A stretch of DNA of 64,000 bases, taken from the NCBI GenBank assembly GCA_976551045.1, contig CDPCPM010000076.1:6386001-6450000 (forward strand), written 5' to 3'. Positions 1 to 13,029 of the stretch are shown piece by piece. Position 1 is the stretch's first letter; every line of letters begins with the position of its first letter. Both the position numbers and the translations under genes were made by a program. This DNA is from Glaucostegus cemiculus. Its lineage: Eukaryota. The notes below the pieces were generated by a model. The model ran no database searches. It was not told the DNA's origin and was given only the letters and a program-made list of their open reading frames with translations.

Positions 1-519
1 CACTTTGGTAAATGCGCCCTCTATGGCCAGGATCTTCAGGGATTTGAATAAGATGTCAGGAGGTAATGGCGTACTTAGGCTTTTAAATAGGATATAAGGA
101 ATGAGCTGTATTTGGGATTCGCCAGGAGGAGTTTGTGGCAATTGAAGGAGAGAGTGAGAAAGTTTATGGAGAAAGGTGGAGAGTTTGACAAAGGGAATCT
201 TTGACTAAGTAGTTAAGATTGGGGCTGGGGAGATGTTTAAGGATCAAAAGGTGATTGTGATGATGTTTGGGTGTGGAAGTTGGCTCTCGTCGAAAAGATA
301 ACTTTGAGAGGAATGCAACGGCAATGTAAAAGGGATTGGTTTTGGGATCAGTAAGTGAGTTGGGAGACCAGTTAGATATTTCTCGTTGTGAAGGATTGTG
401 GGTATTTTTTTCATCTCTCCTTCACAAAGTGAACATCAACATCTTAGTATAGTAGATTTAGATTTGTATTCATATTTGACAACAAAAGTCACTTCTGAAC
501 AAAGGACACAATGACATTC

Positions 520-980
520 ACACTCTAATCGCTTTGTCTGTGGTCTCCTGCACTGTTACACCGAGACCCAACACCAGCTCAAGGAACAACACTGCACCTT
601 CCATCTGGGCACATTGCAGTCCTCTGGCGCCGATATTGAATTCTCTAACTTTAGATAACATTCTTTCTTCCCGTCTATTTACAGAACCATTTCTTCCTGC
701 CATCCTTTTTTCTTCTGTATATAGTCTGACCTGCAGGGCATGTCCCAGCCTGCCAGAACCACACCAACAACATGTTACACAGCCATAATAGCGTGCATGA
801 TCCCACCTGCCACATCACTTCACTTTATCAGATCCATTCACTTTGTTCCACCCACACTTAGACTCATTTGCTTCTCTACTTTTTCAGGTCTGATAAGCGG
901 TCCCTCATCTGCTCATTCTTTCCACGGGAGCTGCCTGACCTGTTTCGTTTTTCCAGTATTTTCCATTTTCTGTTTTTGTA
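520..980 (+). mobile_element. Penelope-like element 3' remnant (end of GIY-YIG region plus decayed terminal repeat)
   Basis: 542-658 reads GLLHCYTETQHQLKEQHCTFHLGTLQSSGADIEFSNFR*, resembling the Penelope ORF C-terminus (EQHLIFRLGTLQP.G.N.EF). A decayed terminal repeat follows (gctgcctgacctg...ttccagtattt). Confidence 0.7.
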
Positions 981-1199
981 TCATGTTGGCTCAGTTTTTC
1001 TTGCCATACTTGTACAAGTCTGGCCCACTAGGCAGATCCCACCACCTTTAACAACAGATTACTCAGACTTAACATGTTGGTAACTGCTGTCAGTAAGCCA
1101 TTTTGACTTGTCCTATCACAGATATTTCCTGTGTTCTACTCATCCCATCCCTGAGCGGCAAACAAATATGTAATTTTCATTTTCACATTTCCTTACAAC

Positions 1200-1530
1200 T
1201 TAGAAGGAGACTATTTAGCCCATCAGGTGACTGGTAGCTTGCAGCACAATCACATTCTCCCCACTGATTTTCCCTATAACCTACTCTCCCCACATTTGTA
1301 CCAACTCTCCCACCCTCCACTAGATTCTAGCATTCATTTACATACTGGAGACAATTTAGTGGTTAAATAAGAAACCATACCACATATGTTTGAAACCTCG
1401 GAGGAAACTGGAGCACAGGAGAAGCCCACTTGGTCACGGAGAACATACAAGCTACTCGGAGACAGTAACAGGTTAGGATTGAACCTGAGTCACTAGCAGC
1501 AGCTCTACTAGCTGTGCCAGTGTGCTGCTG
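1200..1530 (-). mobile_element. Decayed tRNA-derived V-SINE (HE1-like)
   Basis: Reverse-strand V-core ggaggaaactggagcac, B-box remnant ggattgaacc, and a LINE-like tail at about 1200-1250. Confidence 0.65.
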
Positions 1531-1939
1531 ATAGAGCTGTTGCGCTAACTTGATAACAAGTGTTGAAAAATGTATTTTGTGGGCAGCCTGTTAATTGAGG
1601 AGAATAGGTGAAGGTCCATTAACAGTCTTTTAAAGAATATTTTTGCAACTTGTTGTTGGGGAGAAGTGTCGTCTTGGCTTGTGTGTTGGATGACTAGACA
1701 GGTGATGCAATTTGCCATTGAGTAAGTGAATTTTACATTCGTTTTCTTTTGAAATGATTGACGTGTCAGTTACTGACTTGTCCCCATATATTCACCCAAT
1801 GTGTGCAATAGTGGATTGAGTCAAATGTGACCCATCTCCACCCAAAGTCCAGATCAGCTGAGATTCAGCTTGTGTTTAGTCACCAAGAAATGATCAATAG
1901 TAATGCCTCAGCTTGTACTTTTGTGCCTGCTGCTTAATA

Positions 1940-2182
1940 GGTGGCACGGTAGTATAGCAGTTAGCATAACACTTGGTGCCAGCAATCAGAGTTCAACTCC
2001 CACCGCTGTTTGTAAGGAGTGCGTACGTTCTTCCCGTGACTATATGGGTTTCCTCTGGGTGCTCTGGTTTCCTCCTATGTTCCAAAGACGTACAGGTTAG
2101 TAGATTAACATGGGTGTGATTGGGTGGCATGGAGTCATTGGGCCAGAAGCACCTGTTACCATGCTGTATAAATAAAGTTTAA
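1940..2182 (+). mobile_element. tRNA-derived V-SINE (HE1-like)
   Basis: A-box-like ggtggcacggtagtatagcag, B-box-like gagttcaactcc, V-core gggtttcctctgggtgctctggtttcctcc, and a stem-loop tail ending gtataaataaa. Confidence 0.85.
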
Positions 2183-3439
2183 GAACCCCCGAACGGCTGA
2201 CACAATCTGTGTTCAGTCGAAGCCTGCACCAACTTGGGAGCAGACTTACTGTTAGTTGAGCTTAAAAACCCCCACAATAATAACACACTGCCATTGCTGG
2301 ATGGTTTACTTATTGACCTTTTCAAAGTCGAACTAGCTCTGATGATTAGTTTCATGCAAGCAGGGAAATGTCAATAAGATCTTCAGTGAAGTGTACTTTG
2401 TAAGTTTCCCATTATTTGGCATCTCTTGTGTGACACTGGTGAGAGCTTCAGAGAATGAACATGACATTGGCTGTCAGAAATATTAAATCAGATTTGCAGT
2501 ACTTAATAAAAATGTAGTATTAATGAGACATTTGTTTTGTTATTCAAATGGATTCATCCCCTTTGAAACGAACAGAAGGAGCTGTTTCCTCTGACCCTCG
2601 GGCGTAATTCCAAAGATCACAGATTGCAGTTCATTACAGATATTGCAGGACTAGGTAACTGTAGTGCATTGAATATACAATTTGAAATTTTGGGGTACAA
2701 ACATGAGTAACAGACGCAAGAATAGGCCTTTCAGCACATTGAGGCTGCTCTACTTTTCGGTAAAATCACTGCCAATCTCCAGAGGCTTGTGTGCTGCAGG
2801 AGAGTAAACCACCCCCCACCCCCCTCACCTCCCCATCTAACATTGTCAAGCATGGTTTAAGAGCAGTCTTGTATGTACATAGTGTGTCTCTGTTCAAAAA
2901 GTGGAAGACTTTTACTACTGTGTAAACTTCTGCCCAGCTAATTCCCATATCGTTAGCCCTAAGATTTACCAACCTTGTGTGAAAGTACCTAATGACAAAT
3001 TACTCTCAGCCATCTGAGGTTAAGAATTCCAAAGATTCTTTAACTTGCAGTAGTAAGGAAATTTCACATCTCAGTCCTCAAAAGCTGCAGCTCCTACCTG
3101 AGGGTATCCCTCTTACCTGGTTGTTCAATCGAATCTCCACAAGACAAGTCAGGTTACTGTAAAATAGAAGCCAAACAGCAATCAGTTATTATTGCTACCA
3201 ATTGTTATGCCATAAGTATTGTCTATTGCAAATATTTGAAGATTTTTCTTGCAGTTAACTGTCTGCCAAGATGTATTCTGTAGCCTTTAGCACTTTTGAT
3301 GTAGGGATTGTCCTCAGTTTTAAATATATATTTCATCATGTGGTTGGACATGATATTGTGGTTGAAAATTATTCTATCAACATAAATGCATGTCACCATC
3401 TTTTCCTGATGCTTAAAGACATGATTAGAGATTTGGCTA

Positions 3440-3730
3440 ACCAGAGATTTTAAACCCTGGTTTCTGCTGAATTAGATGATCTCAGTTAAGGTCATAGTGA
3501 ATCTACTTCAGTTGAACTGAATCGCTCAGACTGGGGGAGAGAAAATTGAGGCAGGGCTTCCATTACTACGTAGTAACATCCATTCTGTATCTCCACCCTC
3601 TCTCCCCAATAGCACCTATGGGTGGATATTCTATGAGAGCAGGCTTGATTCTATAAGTATTCAGTATGTACGTTTGGACATGCCAATTGAGCAAGTTACT
3701 GGATGGCACCTGATGCCCACAGCATCCCAT
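3440..3730 (+). repeat. Old interspersed repeat, family unidentified; related decayed copies at about 42095-42360 and 46300-46620
   Basis: Shared blocks such as ctg(t)gctg/aa-ttag.tg.tc and gagagaaaa(t) recur in the copies; heavily diverged. Confidence 0.35.
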
Positions 3731-4054
3731 CATCTGTCAGTAGTTTCTGTACAGATGGGCAAACTGCCCTGGCCGAGAGTATTGATAGAGATGATTATTG
3801 CTTACAAGAGCTGTTCTGTGTTGCATTTTGGTGTGATATCTTGGTTAACATTCTGACATACGTGTTCTGCTTAATCTGTTTTCTATCCAATTATAAGGCA
3901 TGAAAAAGTTTGTGCATTGTCAGTATATTTAAATTATGCATTTTATATTATTTTGTTTCCTAGTTCTTTATATTTTAATTATATTGCATGGTTTAGACTA
4001 AAGTCGGTTTTAAACCCAACTGTAAAATGCTTGGGTAATAAGGAGAGCAAGTAG

Positions 4055-4455
4055 CGACGTTTCCACAGCAACCACCAATGATTCAGAACTGCATTGAAAG
4101 CTTTATACCTCAGGCAAGCAACTGTCCTTCAGCTCAAAGCAGCTGCTCACCCGGTTAGCCAATCACAGGTGCACAAGGCGGAATGACATCATATTAAAAT
4201 TAACGCCATTGACATTATCAGATTTTGCTTCAGCCAATCAGTTGGGATCAATAAATGACAACGTTGCCTGGAGGAGATCAGGCAGCAGTGAAGTGCTGAG
4301 GGTTTCTCTTGACAAGACCAGGGTCAGAGGAAGGTATACAGAAATCTGCTGGACAAGCTTGTGTGTGTGTGTTTTCCTGGCGTAAAAAAAACTTGTTATG
4401 CAGTGGAGGTGGAAGAGGTTTAAGATGGCAAGGATGACGTGCCCACAGTTTACAG
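4055..4455 (+). promoter_or_regulatory. Candidate Pol II promoter plus non-coding first exon, possibly of PAK3
   Basis: RFX X-box-like GTTTCCACAGCAAC at 4059-4072. CCAAT boxes at 4075, 4159 (AGCCAATCA) and 4234 (AGCCAATCAG). CRE-like ATGACATCAT at 4183-4192. YY1-like AAGATGGC at 4422. Donor CAG|GTAACG at 4456. Confidence 0.5.
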
Positions 4456-6372
4456 GTAACGTTAGCTTTTGCTTTCCCTCAGTTTGAATGTGTGTGTGTG
4501 TTTGGATCGTTATATCACTTGGCATGGATTGTTATGGAAGTAAATACACACAGGCCCATGTTTGCTTCAGTCTGCCCATCCCTAAACAGCGTTAATATTG
4601 AGTGACATATGACATGTAGAAAAACTAGTTTTTTTTTCTGTTCTGCTTTTGGATTCAGTCAGTTGGATTTTTTTTGCATTTTATTCTTTATCTACTGCAG
4701 TCAAATCTTCGAGCGAGCTAGCTTCTCATAACAGTAGAATCAACATTTTAAAAATTCATGCTTTGAAATCCTGCACCCTCCCTTCCCCCCACTCTCCCCC
4801 ACCAACACGCCAGCAGTGTCTTCCGTGTACACACCAAAGTCTTATTATGTTGGGTGTGTTTTGTGCTATTGGTGTTCCAGCATTTAAGCTTTGGTCATCA
4901 CAGTACAATTTCGAACAGTTAATTAAATGAGTGAATGGATGACAGCATTAACAAACGCTGTTATTGCCAACAGATCTTCTTTTCATTCCAGTTTAGGCTT
5001 TTGTAGTTGCCATGTGGATGTATTAGACATATATCCTCTTTAACCCTTTGAATACCTTTTTTTAACGTCTGAGTGGCTGTTATTTTGTCTGCTTCCTTTT
5101 TTCCCCATCAGTCAATTCCATCGTTAATAATCCTGCTGTGCTATTTAAGTACATAGGGTGGAAAAAAAAGCAAATGGTTGCTGTTGTCTCTTAAAAAAAT
5201 GAGTTGCTGAATGATGTACTCGTTCTCTTTCACAAGAGCTTGCCATCTGCACAGAAGAACATGAGCTGGACATCAAGTCGGCAGTCCAGATGGGTGCTAG
5301 GCAGTAGTAGCATGTATTGTAGGAGGAGGATCTTTAGAAGGAATAGCATGTGATGAGAGCACTCTCCTTCCCCTCCCCCAATAAATAGAAACTTTATTTT
5401 AATGTGTAAAAGCAAGCAGCAATTGTCAATTGACACGAGACAAATAGAAGGCACTGCCCTAATCTTGCTGCAGTATCTACCCAATATGGCACAAATTTGA
5501 ATTCTGAGTCCGAATGCATTGATGTTGGAGAACAGAATCTTCAGGATTTTCTGAACTAAGTGGGAAGAGGAATTCATTAGAGGAAACATAGCAAGCTTTT
5601 CAAAATTCACCATCCTGAGGCAACTTCAATAAAGACTTAAAAGCCCCCAAAAGGGATACTTTAAGCAAATGTGAAATTCCTCTGTGAGAGAATGAAACCA
5701 TTTTAGTAGTTCAGTGAAAGTAGGGTTAAGGACAGAATTAACATGCAACTAAGAGAAGCTGTATAGAACCAGAAACATCGCGCAACTAGCCAAGGAAAAT
5801 TACATTTTTTCAATACCAACCCCACATTCGGACAGAATAAACTGCAACTACAGTCAAATACAGAACACATGACTGATGTCCTCTTTCTTTTTTCATTTTT
5901 GATGTTTTCCTCTTTATTTAACCAATCACAATTCCTTTTCTGTTTTGACAATGTTCCTTTCTCTGGGGTATGGTTAGTGGGTGGAAGAACCGTCTGGTAT
6001 CTTGGCCAAGTGCCAGTGTTCACATGTGTGGAGGTGTGTATGTGCGAGAGAGTTTCTGTATTCATGTATGAGTGTTTGCTGGCAAGCATGTCCCTGTTCC
6101 AGCCTAGTTATCACATGGGCACACCCTTAGCAGCAGGCAATCACAAAAAGGAACTACAATTGATTTCTGGTTTTTTTTGCCCCATCTCCTCATCCGCAGA
6201 TCCATATGATGAGGATACTTAGGCAAATTGCCCTTGCTACAACCATGATCAAATCTGTTTCCCATTCATAAGATTGAGTTCCCCCTGAGCCACTGAATGT
6301 TAGGGGCATTTCTACTTGCCATTGTTTTCATTTACGTTCCCTACGCAGCCTGCTTTCCTCAATCTCCCCATT

Positions 6373-7032
6373 CATAGAACATACAACAGTACAGCATAGT
6401 TGGCCAAAGGATCCGTTTCTATGTTGTGCTGAACTAATTAACCTAATGACACCTAATCCCTTCTGCCTGCACATGGTCCATATCCCTCCATTCTCTGCAT
6501 ATTCATGTGCCTGCTTAAGAGCCTCATAGAGGCCTCTATCTTACCTGCCTCCATCATCCGGCAGTGCATTCCACTTTTGTGTGTTTTATTTAAAAAAAGA
6601 CTGCTCTGCACATTTCCTTTTGAACTTGCCCCTCTCACCTTAAATGCGTACCCTCTAGAATTAGACGTTCCAACTCCGGGGTGGGGAGGAGAAACCTGCT
6701 GTCTACTCTATCTATGTCTCATAATTGTACAGACTTTTCTATCTGGTCTGTTCTCAGCCTGCACTGCTCCAGAGAAAACAACGCTAGTTTGTCCAATGTG
6801 TCCTTATAGCACATACCAGAATGCTGCTTGGATTAGAGGGTAAACCTCTTCCGCACCCTCTCCAAAGCCTCCATATCCTTCCTATAATGGGGTAACCAGA
6901 GTTGAATGCAACACTCCAGATGCAGCTTAACCAGAGTTTTATAAAGCTGCAACATAGCTTCCCGACTCTTGAAATCATTGCCTTGACTGATAAAGGCAAG
7001 CATGCCATCTGCCGCCTTTACCACCCTATTCA
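6373..7032 (-). mobile_element. CR1-type LINE 3' fragment
   Basis: Minus-strand ORF 6833-7033 (FKSREAMLQLYKTLVKLHLECCIQLWLPHYRKDMEALERVRKRFT) is the CR1 ORF2 C-terminal region; 3' tail at about 6373. Confidence 0.9.
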
Positions 7033-7374
7033 ATCAGAAGGTTATCGCAAGGAAAAAAGGCAAACATGTTCATTGCAAATGAATGATGATTCTCCCTCCA
7101 TTATTTCACTGCATTCACAGCCTTTTTTAATCAAGGTATCTCAGTAGAGTATTACATTCTTTAGAGGGTCCTAGAACTAAAAATTACAGTGTCAACAGGT
7201 GGTAATGACATTCTAGGATGAGGGTGAGGAATAAGTTCAACAGTTAATTCCAAAAATTTCCAAACTCTGTACTCCGGTGCCTTGTAAATGGTTGTTGGTT
7301 TTATTTAAAATGGAGACTAAAAACAAATTGGGAAAAGGGATGGGAAAGAAGCATTGAGGTTCATGATTCAAAGG

Positions 7375-7972
7375 AGGTGGAACATTATGTTGCAATCGTA
7401 CAAGGTGTTGGTGAGGCTGCACCTGGAGTATTGTGTGCAGTTTTGGTAACCCTGCTATAGGAAAGACATCCTTAAACTGGGAAGGATGCAAAGAAGATTT
7501 ATTGGAAATGTTATCAGAACTCGAGGGCCTGAGTTATAGGGAGAGGTTGGGTAGGCTAGGACTTTATTCTTTGGAGTGTAGGAGACTGAATGGTGACATT
7601 ATAGAGGTGTGTAAAACCATAAGGGGCACAAATGGGGTGAATGCACACAGCCTTTTTTCCAGGGAAAGGGAATCCAAAACCAGAGGGCATTGTTTAAGGT
7701 GAGAGAGGATATATTTAAAGTGGGTCTGAGGGGCAACTTCAACACCAGAGGTGGTGCATATATGAAACGAGCTGCCAGAGGAAGTGGTTGAGGTAGGTAC
7801 AATGAAAACATTTTAAAGGACATTTGGACAGGTACTGTTTATGAATAGGAAAGGTTTAGAGGGATATGGGCCAAATGTGGGCAGATGGGACTAGTTTAGA
7901 TGGTCATCTTGGTTGGCATGGATGTGATGGGTTGAAGGGCCTGTTTCCTTGTTGTGTTACTCTATGACCCTA
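7375..7972 (+). mobile_element. CR1-type LINE 3' fragment
   Basis: Reads IMLQSYKVLVRLHLEYCVQFW and GLSYRERLGRLGLYSLECRRLNGDIIEVCK...SKTRGH; ends in a gaagggcctgtt stem-loop and ctctatgac tail. Confidence 0.92.
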
Positions 7973-9120
7973 TTTGCCAGGAGCTTTTTGAGTTCAGGAT
8001 GGGCTTCAAAGGCTATAGAGCCAACTTGTGTTGCTACTTGTGTTCTTATGAGATTGGGTGGTTCTGTGCACTTGTGAAGGATTAAATGTATTCAGCAATC
8101 ACTTCCTACTCACAAACAGCTGGAATTCAAGAAAGCAAGGTTGACTTGATCTCCGTTTCTGAAATTTAACTATTTTAAAATCTCTGTTGAAGTTTTAAAC
8201 CGATAAAAGCGGGAATAAATAGTCTTGGCATTATAAAAGTACTTTATTGATAATAATGGAGAAAAAGAAATAAAACTGGAAATAGTTGGTGAGGAGATTT
8301 GTCAGTAAAGAAATGTCCATGTTCAAGTTATCCAGGAATTGTACTGGAATCTGTACTTCCAAACAGACAATGGTGTTTCAGGCATTATAATTTACCTGTG
8401 AGCATCAGGGGAATTGTTGCTTCTTGTCTGACATCAGTGGAAGAACTTTACGTACATGGGAAAATGCTGCTGGTATTTATTGTGGTGATGTCTCAGGTAT
8501 TGCTCTGGGAGAGGTATTTTCAGATAGCACAGCTGAGAATCTTTCTCAAATCTTATCCTTGGTGAGTGCAGATTTTTTAAAAACTGTATCACTGTAGCTA
8601 ACTCTGAACTCCAGCTGTGTGATATGTATTGGTTTCATTTTCCAATTTATAGTTGGCTCCAAGTGGGATTAGTGTTGCTTTTTGCCTTTTTATACTCTGA
8701 CAGATATCTGCTTTGACCAAAATTTCTGTTTGAAGTATGCCTGTTGTTGGTTACTGCTGGGTGAAAATGAACCTAGGAAGCGTCTTCCACTTATCTTCCT
8801 CAAGATGACCAGTAGAAGTTTGGCTTTGAATTGTAACACTTGTCATGCAAGCAAATGTGGATTTATTGCAACCTCCTCTGTCCACAATCCAAATATAAGT
8901 TGTCTGTGTAAATGCAGTTTGAGCTAGAAGCAGCAGGAGGATGTCTTAAGTTCACCTTTTTTTTTCCCATTCAGTCCTGATTATTTTCTGATCCCTTCCA
9001 TGTCTAAACAAAACTATATCTTTCTTTCAGTTCCTCATATACGCAGCCTTTAGGATAAAGACTTCTGAGGATTTGCATTTCTCTTAAGGCAACACGCCCT
9101 TCTAGGTGTTGGATTAATAA

Positions 9121-9277
9121 GCGAGAAACAAAATGCTGGAGGATCTGATGCAAGGTCTTGACCTGAAATGTCAGCTTTCCCTCTGCCTCCACAGATGCTG
9201 TCTCATCCTCCAAATTCCTCCAAGCAACTTGATATTTTTTTGCACCAGATTCCAGCATCTGTAGTCTCTTGTGTCGC
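9121..9277 (+). mobile_element. Penelope-derived short terminal-repeat element
   Basis: Contains ctgatgcaaggtcttgacctgaaatgtc and gattccagcatctgtagtctcttgtgtc; same family as the copies at 24745, 32444, 47385 and 63890. Possible flanking duplication gattaata (9112 and 9283). Confidence 0.7.
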
Positions 9278-10799
9278 TATTAGATTAATAGACCTTCCCA
9301 GAACTGCTTCCAGTATACTTGCACCCTAAATAAGGAAACCAATATTACATTCAGATGTTGTCTCACCAGTGTTCTATATTAACTGCAGTGTAATCCCACT
9401 TATTTTGAGGGGAACTGAATACAAATCAATATTTGTTTTCTTTTCATCCTACTGTGGATGAAGGAATTTATAATGCCTGGATGCTCATGTGAAATGCTGG
9501 CAGTTCCATATGGAACTATTGGCATTTCCCACATAACTGGCAAGATGTTTATGGCTCCTGTGTAAGCATGCAGGATTCTGGAAGCACAGACTTCCGGAGA
9601 GTGCATTGCTGATACCTTTCCAACAGTGCTCCAATTTTGGATTCATTTATGGAGGGTTAAGTGTGGCACAGGTTCATTGATCCAATCATTTCAATGCAGA
9701 CTAATGACTGCCAGGAAGAGAATTACCACAGGCACTGTTGTAGGTTGACTTTTTTGGGTATCTTCTTAGAAGGGACTAAAGAGGAGAGATTGGGAAGTTT
9801 GGAGGAACATTTTTTTTTACATCTTACATTTTTACATATGCATGGACTTATCCAGTTAGCTTGAGATTTATGTTTAGTTGTTAATTTGCATTTAATGTTT
9901 CAAGTGATTAAATCTTATTTTTAATGTTTTAGTAACTTTGCATTTTCAAACATTTGTTTAATTTTTAATAATCTGCTTGACTGCTTTTGACAGCTGGTTC
10001 AGGCTTGGGGGGATGGGGGTGGTATGGTTCTTCTGTTTGACAGAGCTTTTCACTACATCATTTCTAAGCCAGCTTGATTGATTATGACCTTACAAGGAGT
10101 CCACTCAAGGTAGGAATGGGTTTTATTAGGTAGATGACTGGCAAATGTGGGCTGGTTGTTACTCCCAGGAAATCACAGATTGATGATAGTAATGTAAAGA
10201 ATTGTGATTTCCAAATAAAACCTCACATTGGCAGATCTTGGCCTAACTATGCCATGCCCTTGAATCTCTGTCACATGAATGTTGACTCTTACTGTTTGCC
10301 TCTACTCCACCCCTGTGTACAGTGACTAACAGTTTAATGAGAGAATAAAAAGCTGCAGGTCTGCCAGCAACTGAAAAGTGAAAGTATGTTAATGTCTCTG
10401 CTGGAGTCCACCTAGGGAGCTTCTGATAAAAGCTCATTCATCCGATTTTCTTGTCTCACCACAAAGTATAACATGTGTTTTTCTCTTTGAAGTTGGTGAA
10501 CTTATCGGATATTTCCAGCATCCCTAGTTTTCCTTGTGTGAATATCAGCTACTTTTGGTGCTACGTTTGAATGCACAAATCACTAAGTACAGATGAGGAA
10601 GAATGTGCTGGCCTTTGATTTCATATTTCATAAACAGATGGAATCCTGTCAGTGATAAGCTGCCTCCTGAACATCTCCTGAGCTTTTGCCTTCAAGAAGA
10701 CTGCTATCTTTCTCTCTTTGGAAGAGGAGGCACTAGTCCTGAAATTATATTCTACTGCTTTGTATCTGCTTGTCTTGAAAGCAAGATGTAAAGAATAAG

Positions 10800-11191
10800 A
10801 GTTGCTTACAACCTGAACTTCTTGCAGCCTTGGGATGACCCAACCAGCTTCTAGGCCTTGACATTGAACTTGGTTTTGTATGCCGATTAAATCAGTAACA
10901 ATTCTAAGGAAGCATTAGGACAAAGGACCAGCTAATTTTGTTTTTGCTAATGAAGTTTCAAGGGATAAATGTTGGTCAGGACATTAGATAAACACCCTGT
11001 TCTTTTATGTTCACTTGAATATGCAGGTAAGGCCCTGGTTCAATGTATCATCCAAAAAGTGCCACGTTGCAGCAGTTCTTATTGTATTGAAGTGTCTGAC
11101 AATATAATGTGCTTGACTGCTGGAGCGGGGCTTAAATCCATGACCTTCTAACCCAGAAGTGAGAGTGCCATTGTTAAGCCAAGTCTGACAC
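10800..11191 (-). mobile_element. Deu-SINE-like (SacSINE1/AmnSINE1-type) decayed copy
   Basis: The blocks agggataaatgttggtcaggaca, ggccctggttcaatgtatcatcc and gaccttctaacccagaagtgagagtgcc match the recalled reverse-strand Deu-SINE layout. Confidence 0.6.
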
Positions 11192-12699
11192 TTCAGTTAT
11201 ATTTAGGATTAACCATTTCTATTCCACTCTTCTAATTTGCCAATATCATCTGATATTTGCAATATCATTTATAATTTTGTTGGCTTTGTTGTTTGCCTCT
11301 GCAATGACGGCAAACAGTGAATACTGCTACTGCTTCCCTCATTATATATAGCGTTGTGCTTCAGCTGTTTCGACTTTGTTTCGGAGATAATGATCCTTTG
11401 GCAATCCAGACAAACAAAAACGTTTTGTATGATCTTGAATTGCAGTGAACGTCAAAAGCAGCCACGTGCAAGTGGTCTTAAAATGTAGCTAATGGATTTG
11501 TTCCTGTATGGTTTACAAACATTAACAAAAGGTCTGGTTTGTGTGGATGATTGAGTAGTTCAGGTTTGGCATGGTCTTGAAAATATACAGTCCTTCAGCA
11601 TGATCCTTTTGAAGCCATAAGTTTATCAAATATCCATATTTTGATTGAAAAATGATAAACCACGGCTCATTAAAATGGTTTCTGCTGACCTTTGTGTGTG
11701 TTCAATATAACATGTGATTCATTGAAGTCTACTGGGAGAGTTCCACGTGGTTGCCTGCAGTATGACAAAGCAGCTAGAGCTCATTTTAAGAACTTGGCTC
11801 CCCTCTGGAGCTTCAGTCTGTGCTCCACTTTAAGGGTCTGCTGAATTGTTTCTTGCTTTTATAATGTCCCCTGAAATCCTTGACAAACAGACCAAGCTCT
11901 GAAACAAAAAACATTTTTAATTGCAGCCATTCTCATTTTCCAACTTTTTTTTGGTCCAAAGACATTTATACTCTGGACGACTTGTGTACCAAACTGATCA
12001 ATTCGTTGCCCCGCCCCATCGCCTCCCAGTTCATCTTTGCTGCCTGCTTTCTGAATTCCCATGCCAGTTTTGCATGCAGTCTGTGACCGGGACTGTAGAC
12101 ATCAATTTACATCCACTTTCCATAGAAATAAATAGAAAGAGACACCTTGTCAGATTGAGAACATCAGCAGCTTGCCGGAGGCATGCATAAGACAGCCTGA
12201 GCTCATGCCTAGACTGAATTTATTTAGAAGATGAGGGAGAACGGGATTAATACTGCATTGTCTTAATACAGTGAAATAAAATATTAGAAACTCTGATCAT
12301 TCATGACTGGTTTTACAAAGGGTCAAAATTCCCTGTTCTGTAGTCATATAATTAACTGGGTTTTCTCTTGGTCTAGGTCCACATCTAGAAGTGGCATGAG
12401 GGTAGATTCTTCCATATTGAAAACTAGTATGCTTTGCATTCTTTTTGTGACTAGGCAGCAGCTTCTGGTATTTGGTGCAATGTTGTGGTTACCTTATTCA
12501 AATGCACTACTGCCCATCTCTAACCATATCAGCCTGTCAGCAATGTGCTACTGTTCTTGACCCAACTTAAATATAATCACACTCCTGGATAAGTAATGTT
12601 ATTGACTTTAAACATTCTTGTCTTAAATTTGCTTCCAACCCCTTCTCTTATCTATCTCTGTTAAGGTGTGAAATATGGTGGTTGGATGGTTAAGACAAA

Positions 12700-12990
12700 G
12701 GAAATTCAATCGTGCTTCTGTGTGAGGGATGGTAAGGGTGACAACAGATGTGGGAGAGAGGAACAGATGTGGCTGAGAGCTCTGACTACTTGGGGAAAAG
12801 AAAGATAGAAGAGAGCTGTAAGTATGGGAGCAATGTCACCAGAACAGTTGTGATGGAAATTGAGAAACTGAGAGAAAGGAATAGAATTCCTGCAGGCAGT
12901 GGGGCAAGAGGCTGTGTAACTAAAGTATGCATGGGAATCGATGAGCTTAGAGTGCACATAGGTCAGTAGCCTAAATCTGAAACTGAGATG
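12700..12990 (-). mobile_element. Penelope-like RT fragment
   Basis: ORF 12706-13080 contains SKLIDSHAYFSYTASCPTACRNSIPFSQFLNFHHNCSGD, similar to Penelope RT KPTDSH.YL.Y.S.HP..CK.SIPFSQFLRLRRICS. Confidence 0.8.
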
Positions 12991-13029
12991 GTGAAGCCAG
13001 GAAGAGTCGGAGATGGTTGCAGAGATGGT

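Noticed and set aside
13-30. CTCF-like motif gcgccctctatggcc
   Set aside because: It is one base short of the GCGCCCTCTAGTGG consensus spacing and lies at the window edge in probable repeat sequence.
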